From contig JBDGUI010000024.1 of assembly GCA_042216015.1 (NCBI GenBank), positions 1 to 12,562 of the forward strand: DNA of 12,562 bases, written 5' to 3'. The notes beneath the pieces were generated by a model, which was not told the DNA's origin, did not search any database, and saw only the letters and a list, made by a program, of their open reading frames with translations. Shown here piece after piece: positions 1 through 7,241 of this stretch. Numbering within the stretch: the first letter of the stretch is position 1; the number at the start of each line of letters is the position of its first letter. Source of the DNA: Halodesulfurarchaeum sp. (GTDB taxonomy: Archaea > Halobacteriota > Halobacteria > Halobacteriales > Halobacteriaceae). The position numbers and the translations under genes are program-made.

Positions 1-393
1 CTCGACGACGTGATGAACGTCGCCGGGCACCGCCTCGGGACGATGGAACTCGAGAGCGCCGTCGCGGAGGTCGAGGCCGTCGCCAAGGCCGCCGTCGCGG
101 GCCGGAACGACGAGCAGAAGGGCACCGTCCCGGACGTCTACGTCACCCTGCGTGACGGCTACGAGGAGAGCGGGGACCTCCGTGCAGCGATCGTCGAGGC
201 CATCGAGGAGCAGATCGGAAAGTTCGCCCGACCGGCGAACGTCTGGTTCGTCGAGGAACTGCCACAGACCCGCTCGGGCAAGATCATGCGCCGGCTCCTC
301 GAGGACATTTCAAACGACGAGGAACTGGGCAATACGACGACCCTTCGGGATCCGAGCGTGCCCGAGCGAATCCGGGAGCACATCGATCAGTAA
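1..393 (+). CDS. acs: Acetyl-CoA synthetase (acetate--CoA ligase), C-terminal fragment; gene begins upstream of the window
   Basis: Frame is open from base 1 (LDDVMNVAGHRLGTMELESA...) and carries the AMP-binding C-terminal signatures DDVMNVAGHRLG and TRSGKIMRR, plus the GNTTTLRDP tail; TAA at 391-393. Confidence 0.92.
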   Translation, partial: LDDVMNVAGHRLGTMELESAVAEVEAVAKAAVAGRNDEQKGTVPDVYVTLRDGYEESGDLRAAIVEAIEEQIGKFARPANVWFVEELPQTRSGKIMRRLLEDISNDEELGNTTTLRDPSVPERIREHIDQ

Positions 394-452
394 CGGTTTG
401 GGTCCAGGGAGCGATCCGCGACGGGTTCGTTTTCGTCTGGCCGAGAGCTACC

Positions 453-2282
453 TTATCCGGTATAATAGTACTCGCCGTCCCGGCGCTGCTGGCGGTCGAG
501 CTGGCTGCCGGGCTTGTTGATGCGCGGGCGGCCCATCCGCTCGTCGCGGCGGAAGGTCACGCCGAGATTCTGCAGGAACTCGTTCATGCCGTCCCGCATG
601 CTCATCGCGGGGCTGGCGTGCCCCTCGACGGCCGGCTCGCCGTCGAAGACCAGCAGCCGGTCCGCGAGCAGGTCGATCACGTAGATGTCGTGGTCGATGA
701 CCATCACGGTCGTCTCGTGGTTCTCCGCATAGCGCCTGATCGCCCGTGTCGCGAGTACTCGCTGTTCCACGTCGAGGTGCGCGGAGGGCTCATCGAGGAG
801 GTAGAGGTCGGCGTCCCGGGAGAGCGTGGCCGCGATGGCGACCCGCTGGCGCTCGCCGCCGGAGAGATCCGAGAGGAGGTGGTCCATGATGTCGTCCAGC
901 CTGAGCGGGTCGCCGATCTCGGTCTGCCAGTACGAGGAGCCGACGTCCGACGAGATGCCCCGGAGGAACGATTCGACGGGCACCGCTTGCTCTGCCTCGA
1001 CGTACTGAGGCTTGTAGGCGATCTCCAGATCGAGATCGACCGATCCAGCGTCGGGCTCCAGCTGTCCGGCGAGGAGCTTCGCGAACGTCGACTTCCCGAT
1101 CCCGTTCGGGCCGACGATACCAAGCACCTCGTTGCGGTGGACAGCCCCGCCCTCGACCTCGAGGGCAAACTCGCTCTCGCCATAGGATTTCTCGAGGTCG
1201 GGATATTCCACGAGGACATCGGCGTTCGTGACCGGCCGCGGGGCGTGAGACTCGAACTCGATCGCCTCCGGGCGGATCCGCATGTTCTCGTTCTCGAGAT
1301 AGCCCTCGAGGTACTCGTTGATCCCGTTGCGCACGGGCTTCGGCGGCGTCACGACCCCGAATACCGAGGGCTCCCCGTAGGCGACGTGGAGGGTATCAGC
1401 GAGGAGGTCGAGCACGGCGAGGTCGTGTTCCACGACGAGGACCGCCTTGTCCCCGTCCTCGGCGAGTTCCCTGACGAGTCGGGCGACCGCGATTCGCTGG
1501 GTGATGTCGAGATAGGGGGTAATCTCGTCGAGGAAGTAGAAGTCCGCCTCGCGGAGGAGGGCGGCGGCGATGGCGACCCGCTGGAGTTCCCCGCCAGAGA
1601 GGTCGCCGATCGCCTGATCGAGCACCGGCTCGATGGAGAGACGCTCGGCCATCGAGTCGAGCGCGTCCCGCTCGTCGGTCGATTCGAGGAGGTCGCGGGT
1701 CGTCCCGGAGAACTGATCCGGAATGCGATCGATGTACTGGGGCTTGCGGGCCACCTCGAGGTCGCCGTCCCGGACCGCGACGAGGTAGTCCTGGAGGGCC
1801 GTCCCGCGGTACTCGTCGATCACGGCCTCCCAGTCAGGCGGTTCCTGAGTTCGGCCGAGGTTGGGGGTCAGTTCGCCCGCGAGTGCCTTCACGGCCGTCG
1901 ACTTCCCGATCCCGTTCGGGCCGAGCAGCCCCGTCACCGTTCCTGTTTCGGGCATCGGGAGGCCGTAGAGCGCAAACGCGTTGTCGCCGTAGCGGTGGGT
2001 CGGCTCCTCGTCGAGTTCCTGTGGGAGGTTGAGGATCTCGATGGCGTCGAAGGGGCACTTCACCACGCAGATTCCACAGGATTCGCCGAGACAGATCTCC
2101 TCCGAGATCCAGACCTGGTCCGGTTCGCCGTCGAAGGACTCCTCGCTCCCGTAGTGCTCCTCCCGGGGGACGATGCAGTCCTTCCCCGTCCGGTTCGGAG
2201 GACAGTAGTCGATACACTCGTAGTTACAGCGGTCGGGCTGACACCGCTCGAGGTCGACGGTGGCGATACTGTCCTCGGCCAT
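453..2282 (-). CDS. rli: ABCE1/RLI ribosome recycling ATPase (N-terminal 2x[4Fe-4S] domain and two ABC ATPase domains)
   Basis: N-terminal Cys cluster (CQPDRCNYECIDYCP...CLGESCGICVVKCP), two Walker A motifs GPNGIGKS, signatures LSGGELQR and LSGGERQR, Walker B DE motifs, and the typical C-terminal hinge TFRRD..GRPRINKPGS..D..Q...G.YYY. Confidence 0.97.
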   Translation of the reverse strand: MAEDSIATVDLERCQPDRCNYECIDYCPPNRTGKDCIVPREEHYGSEESFDGEPDQVWISEEICLGESCGICVVKCPFDAIEILNLPQELDEEPTHRYGDNAFALYGLPMPETGTVTGLLGPNGIGKSTAVKALAGELTPNLGRTQEPPDWEAVIDEYRGTALQDYLVAVRDGDLEVARKPQYIDRIPDQFSGTTRDLLESTDERDALDSMAERLSIEPVLDQAIGDLSGGELQRVAIAAALLREADFYFLDEITPYLDITQRIAVARLVRELAEDGDKAVLVVEHDLAVLDLLADTLHVAYGEPSVFGVVTPPKPVRNGINEYLEGYLENENMRIRPEAIEFESHAPRPVTNADVLVEYPDLEKSYGESEFALEVEGGAVHRNEVLGIVGPNGIGKSTFAKLLAGQLEPDAGSVDLDLEIAYKPQYVEAEQAVPVESFLRGISSDVGSSYWQTEIGDPLRLDDIMDHLLSDLSGGERQRVAIAATLSRDADLYLLDEPSAHLDVEQRVLATRAIRRYAENHETTVMVIDHDIYVIDLLADRLLVFDGEPAVEGHASPAMSMRDGMNEFLQNLGVTFRRDERMGRPRINKPGSQLDRQQRRDGEYYYTG

Positions 2283-2283
2283 C

Positions 2284-2586
2284 CTAGAGGGTGACGCCGG
2301 TGGTCAGGAACACGCCCCAGGTGACATACCACAGGGAGAAGGTCATGAAGGCGTTGAACAGGTGGTCTTTCCCGCCGAACTCGCTCACGTCGATGCCGAT
2401 CGCGCGTAGCACGACGAGATTCACGAGGACCATCCCGGCCATGATCGCCAGGCCGAGTCGATCCGTGGCACCCGCGGCGAATCGCGCGGAGGCCACGCCG
2501 GCCACGACGCCGCCCAGCGCGGTCACCGTCGTGACCGCGACCGAACGCGCATGCCCGGTGAACCGTTCGTCCGTCTCGGTTGCCAT
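2284..2586 (-). CDS. Small membrane protein, EMC6-like family (~100 aa, about 3 TM helices)
   Basis: Start taken at the ATG at 2586 (MATETDERF), preceded by GAGAGGAGAC. Three hydrophobic segments and a KD.LF..FMTF.LW.VTW C-terminal pattern recalled from archaeal EMC6-like proteins. Stop lies 1 nt before the ABCE1 start. Family assigned from recall. Confidence 0.75.
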   Translation of the reverse strand: MATETDERFTGHARSVAVTTVTALGGVVAGVASARFAAGATDRLGLAIMAGMVLVNLVVLRAIGIDVSEFGGKDHLFNAFMTFSLWYVTWGVFLTTGVTL

Positions 2587-2687
2587 GTCTCCTCTCTCGG
2601 TGTGCCGGCCCAAAAGGGGTTCGTTCCCGTCCGATACCAAATTGATTGGGCCCGGCCCTTCCCCCCGGGACACCCCTTCCCCGGAAT

Positions 2688-2954
2688 ATGACGCCTCCAT
2701 CCCGTCTGGACGATCTTCCGCCGAGTGCCAAACTGGTCTACACCGTCCTCGAGCACGACGGGCCGCTCACCCAGAAGGAACTCGTCGAGGAGTCGATGCT
2801 CTCGGCACGGACGGTCCGCTACGCCCTCGAACGACTGGACGAGTGTGGATGCATCGACGAACCGGTGTATCTGGAGGACACCCGCCAGAGCCTGTATCGG
2901 GTGCCAGCTCCTGGAGACGAGGCCACAGGGGAGCCACGTCCCGAGGCCGCCTGA
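2688..2954 (+). CDS. Small winged helix-turn-helix protein (MarR/TrmB-like haloarchaeal regulator, 88 aa)
   Basis: ATG at 2688. Sequence LPPSAKLVY.VLE.DGPLTQKELVEESMLSARTVRYALERL...D.RQSLY is a common haloarchaeal HTH family pattern. Confidence 0.88.
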   Translation: MTPPSRLDDLPPSAKLVYTVLEHDGPLTQKELVEESMLSARTVRYALERLDECGCIDEPVYLEDTRQSLYRVPAPGDEATGEPRPEAA

Positions 2955-2977
2955 GTCGAGGGGCTCCGGTCGGACCG

Positions 2978-4810
2978 CTATCGAACCGTGATCATCGACT
3001 CGCGGTCGATCGCCCGCTCGAGCTCCTCGGCGATGGCGCTCCCCCGGGAGACCTGAATCTCGCCGCCGCGCCCGACCGTGGCCGTGAACAGATACTCGCC
3101 GTCGGCCTGTACCTCGACGGTTTCCCCGGCCTCTGACTCCTCGACCGGGACGACGATGTGCTGGGTCGTGATCTCGGGGGTGACGATCTCTCCCCGGGTT
3201 TGTTCGGTCTCACCGGTTTGCTCGGGCTCCGGACGGTCCGCGAGGGTGCGCACGTCGATGTCGATCCCGAGCTGGTCCTCGATTTCCCGGATCCGCTCGC
3301 CGTTCCGCCCGATCACGTGGGAGATGTCCCCGCTGTCGACGTAGACGATCGCCGAGTTCGGCCCCTGCACGTCGACCTCGACCGGCCCCTGTGCAGCCGA
3401 TCTGACCTCACGCTCGATCTCGGCTGCGGCGAGCTGATCAACCCCGGAGTCCGCGGTCTCGGCCCCGTCGAGCGGGACCGTGACGACCTGCCGATTGAAC
3501 GTGTAGATCTCGTAGGCCGGCGTACCGGTCTCGAAGTCCGAGATCACGATGACCGGGCGGGCGAGGTCCTCCTCCATCAGTCCCTGTGGGACCTTGACCT
3601 CGGTCTTTACGTCATAGACCGTCTCGACCGCGCCGGCCTCGATGAAGACCACCGTGTCCACGACCTGGGGAATCATTCCCAGTTCGACCCGGCCCACGAG
3701 TCGCTGGAGGGCGTCGATTGCTCGGGTGGCATGGACGACGCCGACCATGCCCACGCCCGCGAGGCGCATGTCGGCAAAAACCTCGAAGTCCTCGGTCTTT
3801 CTGACCTCGTCGTAGATGGTGTAATCCGGGCGGACCATCAACAGGGAATCCGCCGTTGCGGCCATGTCGCCGTCGAGTGCCGTGTACTGGGTAATCTCGG
3901 GGCCGACCTGGAGGTCGCGGGGGCGCTCCATGGTCTTGACGCTGTTGTCGTTCCCGATGAGGAACTCGGCGATCGCCTGTGCGAAGGTCGACTTCCCGGC
4001 CCCCGGAGCGCCGGCCACGAGCACCCCCCGCTGTTTCTCGAGCAGCCGCGAGCGGAGTTCGTCGCTGTGTGCGTACTCGTCGAGGTCGGTCTTCGCGATG
4101 GGGCGAACGGCCGTGATCTCCCACCCGTCCGCGAAGGGGGGCCGGGCGAGGGCGATCCGGAACTCCCCGAACTGGACGATCTTCATTCCGATCTCGTCGA
4201 TCTCCACGAACCCGTCCGGGTTCGCGCGGACGGTCTCCTCGATGTCGTGGCTCCACTCCTTGAGTTCGGCCTCGGTGGCGACTTCCTCGCGAATCACCTC
4301 GTAGTGCATGTCCCCGATGTCCCCCCGCTTGGCCATCGGCTTCGCGCCCGCCCTGAGGTGGACGGACATCGTCTCGTCGTCGAAGAACGACTCGATCTCC
4401 AGGGCCTCCGTGTCACCGCCCTTCGGCTCGACGTATTCGGCCCCGATGCCCTTGGCGTGGGCGACCTCCGCCTGGACGCGGTCGGAGGTGAACAGGTGGG
4501 CGTCCCGCTTCTCGGCCACGTCGCGGATCAAGGCGTCGATCGCGCCCGCCCCGGCTCGTCTGATGTCGCCTTCCTCGGCCCGTTCCCCGACGTACTCGAC
4601 GGTTATTTCGCCCGCCTCTTCCAGCTCGACGAGGGTCTCGAGTTCCCGGAGCCCGTCCCAGCCCGTGTCTCGACCCTTGTTTGCCTGGCTCTCGAGCTCC
4701 CCGACGACCAGCTCCGGGACGACGATCGTCGCCCCGGCGAAGTCTCCGGCTCGAATCCGCTCGGAGACGCGCCCGTCGATGATCACGCTCGTGTCCGGGA
4801 CGATTTCCAT
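2978..4810 (-). CDS. PIN-domain ATPase with C-terminal KH domain (PINc/VapC-family ATPase, PINA-like)
   Basis: Start at ATG 4810 (MEIVPDTSVII, PIN N-terminus with the conserved Asp). VirB11/PilT-like ATPase with Walker A GAPGAGKS, RPDYTIYDEVR and GVGMVGVVHA; KH motif HVIGRNGERIREIE. Confidence 0.93.
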   Translation of the reverse strand: MEIVPDTSVIIDGRVSERIRAGDFAGATIVVPELVVGELESQANKGRDTGWDGLRELETLVELEEAGEITVEYVGERAEEGDIRRAGAGAIDALIRDVAEKRDAHLFTSDRVQAEVAHAKGIGAEYVEPKGGDTEALEIESFFDDETMSVHLRAGAKPMAKRGDIGDMHYEVIREEVATEAELKEWSHDIEETVRANPDGFVEIDEIGMKIVQFGEFRIALARPPFADGWEITAVRPIAKTDLDEYAHSDELRSRLLEKQRGVLVAGAPGAGKSTFAQAIAEFLIGNDNSVKTMERPRDLQVGPEITQYTALDGDMAATADSLLMVRPDYTIYDEVRKTEDFEVFADMRLAGVGMVGVVHATRAIDALQRLVGRVELGMIPQVVDTVVFIEAGAVETVYDVKTEVKVPQGLMEEDLARPVIVISDFETGTPAYEIYTFNRQVVTVPLDGAETADSGVDQLAAAEIEREVRSAAQGPVEVDVQGPNSAIVYVDSGDISHVIGRNGERIREIEDQLGIDIDVRTLADRPEPEQTGETEQTRGEIVTPEITTQHIVVPVEESEAGETVEVQADGEYLFTATVGRGGEIQVSRGSAIAEELERAIDRESMITVR

Positions 4811-4832
4811 ACCTGTCCGTACCGCGGGCCCG

Positions 4833-4862
4833 TTGAAAAGGATGTCCAACACCACCCGTTAT
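4833..4862. promoter_or_regulatory. Back-to-back archaeal TATA-like elements for the divergent PIN-ATPase (minus) and M32 peptidase (plus) genes
   Basis: TTTTCAA on the minus strand (4839-4833) lies ~25-30 nt before ATG 4810, and TTAT on the plus strand (4859-4862) lies ~30 nt before ATG 4889. This spacing is typical of leaderless haloarchaeal transcripts. Confidence 0.5.
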
Positions 4863-4888
4863 GGGTCCCGGGGACGAACCCGTGATCC

Positions 4889-6388
4889 ATGACAGGTGAA
4901 GGCCAGGATGCCCTCGAGACCCTCGAATCCAGATACGTCCAAAGCGTCGCGCTCCAGGACGCCGACAACGTCCTCGCGTGGGACCAGCAGGTGACGATGC
5001 CGACGGGCGGCACGCCCGCCCGGAGCAAACAGCGGTCGACCGTTTCGACGCTCGAACACGACCTGTTGACCGATGGCGTCATCGAGTCGGCGCTCGCGGA
5101 CCTCGACACCGGGACGCTCCCGGAGGAGCGGCAGGCCATCGTGCGTGAAATCCGGCGGGTCCACGACCGCCAGCAGGCTGTCCCCCGTGACCTGATCGCC
5201 GCCCGCGCCGAGACGAGTTCGGAGGCCCTCGAGGTCTGGCAGGAGGCGCGGGCCGAGGAGGACTTCTCCATCTTCGAACCGATGCTCGAACGGCAGGTCG
5301 AACTCGCCCGCGAGTACGCGGCAGCAATCGATCCCGACAGGGACCCCTACGCCGTCCTCTTCGAGGAGTACGAACCGTATCTCGGCCTCGAGACGGCCGA
5401 ACGGGTGTTGAGCGAACTCCGGGAGGCACTCGTCCCCCGAATCGAGGCGATCCGGGAGAGTGACGTGACCCTCCCGGACCCATTCACCGAACCGGTATCG
5501 GCAAAGACCCAGGAGGCACTCGCTCGAGACGCCCTCGACTTCCTGGGTTACGACTGGGACCGGGGCCGGCTCGACACGGCACCGCACCCCTTCTCGACCG
5601 GCACCCAGTTCGACGCCAGGGTGACTACCCGATTCGACGAGGAGGAACCCCTGAGTTCGCTGCTGAGCACGATTCACGAGTTCGGCCACGCTCGCTACAC
5701 CCTCGGACTCCCCGAAGACGAATACGGGACGCCACTCGGCCAGGATCGGGGGTTGACCGTCCACGAGTCCCAATCCCGGCTCTTCGAGAACCACGTCGGC
5801 CGGTCGCGGGCCTTCTGGGATCACTTCACGGACCGGGTGGCAGACCGGGTCCCCGCCATCGGTCCCGAGGATGCAGAAACCCTCTACCGGGCGGTCAATC
5901 GGGTCGATCCGACCTCCCTCATCAGGGTCGAGAGCGACGAGTTGACCTATCACCTCCACATCGTGCTCCGGTTCGAGATCGAGCGCGACCTGCTCGCGGG
6001 GGACCTCGAGGTCAGCGAGGTGCCTGCGGTGTGGAACGACAAAATGGAACAGTACCTCGGCGTTCGGCCGGAGTCGCCCACCGAGGGGGCCCTCCAGGAC
6101 ATCCACTGGAGCCATGGCAACTTCGGGTACTTCCCGACTTACTCGCTGGGCAGTGTCCTCGCCGCGCAGCTTTTCGATGCGGCCCGGGAGGATCTCCCCG
6201 AGTTGGCCGCTTCCATCGCGGCCGGGGAGCCGGGCGCTCTCGCCGACTGGCTCGAACGGACCGTTCACCGGCACGGCCGGCGGTATCGAACCGGCGACCT
6301 GATCGAGCGAGCGAGTGGCCGGTCCCTGCACGTCGATCCTTTCCTCGAGTACGTGGACGCGAAGTTCGGCGATCTGTACGGGATGTAG
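4889..6388 (+). CDS. Carboxypeptidase Taq family, peptidase M32
   Basis: HEXXH zinc motif (HEFGH), HESQSR, HPF, DARVTTR, IRVESDELTYHLH and LQDIHWS.G.FGYFPTYSLG motifs. Confidence 0.96.
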   Translation: MTGEGQDALETLESRYVQSVALQDADNVLAWDQQVTMPTGGTPARSKQRSTVSTLEHDLLTDGVIESALADLDTGTLPEERQAIVREIRRVHDRQQAVPRDLIAARAETSSEALEVWQEARAEEDFSIFEPMLERQVELAREYAAAIDPDRDPYAVLFEEYEPYLGLETAERVLSELREALVPRIEAIRESDVTLPDPFTEPVSAKTQEALARDALDFLGYDWDRGRLDTAPHPFSTGTQFDARVTTRFDEEEPLSSLLSTIHEFGHARYTLGLPEDEYGTPLGQDRGLTVHESQSRLFENHVGRSRAFWDHFTDRVADRVPAIGPEDAETLYRAVNRVDPTSLIRVESDELTYHLHIVLRFEIERDLLAGDLEVSEVPAVWNDKMEQYLGVRPESPTEGALQDIHWSHGNFGYFPTYSLGSVLAAQLFDAAREDLPELAASIAAGEPGALADWLERTVHRHGRRYRTGDLIERASGRSLHVDPFLEYVDAKFGDLYGM

Positions 6389-6559
6389 GCTCCGGGCTGT
6401 ACGGGATCCCAGCTCGGGGCTTTAGGAATTCCCATGGAGCGGGCCATCGGATCCCAGTTGCCGTTCGTCACCGAAGCGGTGAGCCACCCAGGATTTTTCC
6501 GAACCCACGACGGCGGTGGTGATCCCCTCCTCTGGCGTATCAACTCGCCGCCAATACAG

Positions 6560-6565
6560 TTAAGT
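6560..6565 (+). promoter_or_regulatory. Putative TATA box (TTAAGT) of the first zinc-finger gene
   Basis: AT-rich hexamer ~30 nt upstream of ATG 6592 in an otherwise GC-rich context. Confidence 0.55.
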
Positions 6566-6591
6566 GGGTGGTATGCTATAACACACCTTGT

Positions 6592-6762
6592 ATGTCGAAG
6601 GCAGCGGCTCCCGACGACGGACTGATCGACCAGTTCTTGGAATCCCGCGGGCACGCCACGGCATCCTGGGAAGAGAGCTATAACAAAAAGCAGTGCCCGA
6701 AATGCGGGGGCCTTCACGACGTAACGGCGACAGAATGCTCGGTCTGTGGCTGGGCGCCCTGA
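6592..6762 (+). CDS. Small CPxCG-type zinc-finger microprotein (56 aa, HVO_0416-like)
   Basis: ATG at 6592 gives MSKAAAPDDGLIDQFLESRGH...SWEESYNKKQCPKCGGLH...ECSVCGWAP, with two CxxC pairs. TATA-like TTAAGT lies ~30 nt upstream. Family name is from recall. Confidence 0.88.
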   Translation: MSKAAAPDDGLIDQFLESRGHATASWEESYNKKQCPKCGGLHDVTATECSVCGWAP

Positions 6763-6782
6763 CCGGGCCGGGAGGGAACCGG

Positions 6783-6787
6783 TTTTT
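6783..6787 (+). terminator. Possible oligo-T archaeal terminator after the first zinc-finger gene
   Basis: TTTTT ~20 nt downstream of the stop at 6762; T-runs are rare in this window. Confidence 0.35.
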
Positions 6788-6953
6788 GGTCGATGACTCC
6801 GGACGAACACGGCACGTTCGGTGTCCCAGTATCCGGCCAATCGGCCAAATTCGGGCGGTTTCACGACCGGGCGCCGGCCGATTGAAGGTCGGGGGAAGTT
6901 TTCGTGTAGCCGGCACATCTAAGTCGGGAGACTCACAATACTCTCACGAACGC

Positions 6954-7112
6954 ATGCCGGAGTGCCAAAACTGTGGTTCCTTCGTAACCGAGGCGTATGT
7001 TCGGGTCTTCACTCCTGACGAGGTGTCCCAGCCGCGGGTCTGTCCGAACTGCGAGGACAAGATACGAGACGGCGCGGAGGTCAGGGAGGCACGTTCGACG
7101 CGACGATCGTAA
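6954..7112 (+). CDS. Small CxxC/CPxC zinc-finger microprotein (52 aa, DUF7563-like)
   Basis: ATG at 6954 inside the listed 6693-7112 ORF gives MPECQNCGSFVTEAYVRVF...PRVCPNCEDKIRDG.EVREAR, matching the widespread haloarchaeal MP.C.NCG.FVT..Y.RVF...CP.C pattern. Confidence 0.88.
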   Translation: MPECQNCGSFVTEAYVRVFTPDEVSQPRVCPNCEDKIRDGAEVREARSTRRS

Positions 7113-7210
7113 CCGCACCGGTTCGACTGAGGTCCGGATATCCGTCGATCGGGTCGAGGGGCCAGGAATGGCCCCGTCCGAACCGCAGCGGGGTCCGGGA
7201 AGTCACCGCA

Positions 7211-7216
7211 CTTATG
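7211..7216 (+). promoter_or_regulatory. Putative TATA-like element (CTTATG) of the helicase gene
   Basis: Lies ~27-30 nt upstream of the 7239/7242 start, consistent with a leaderless mRNA. Confidence 0.45.
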
Positions 7217-7241
7217 GTCCTGAGGGCCCTGTACCTGTGTG

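Noticed and set aside
2587..2700. Upstream-extended starts given in the ORF track (2700 and 2646 here; likewise 4855, 6568, 6693, 9182, 10967, 10946)
   Set aside because: The extensions run through promoter regions or overlap divergent genes and precede the family-typical N-termini; downstream ATGs fit better.
2978..4810. PIN-domain gene plus adjacent small HTH gene as a VapBC toxin-antitoxin or defence module
   Set aside because: The genes are convergent rather than operonic, and the PIN domain is part of the conserved archaeal PIN-ATPase-KH housekeeping protein.
6434..6625. 63-aa ORF upstream of and overlapping the first zinc-finger gene
   Set aside because: Not acidic, no motif, and it runs across the likely promoter and start of the real gene.
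7113..7191. tRNA or tRNA remnant (GGTTCGAC T-loop-like word, ~79 nt)
   Set aside because: The T-loop word is at the 5' side and is paired in the stem; no cloverleaf, D-loop or anticodon arm on either strand.
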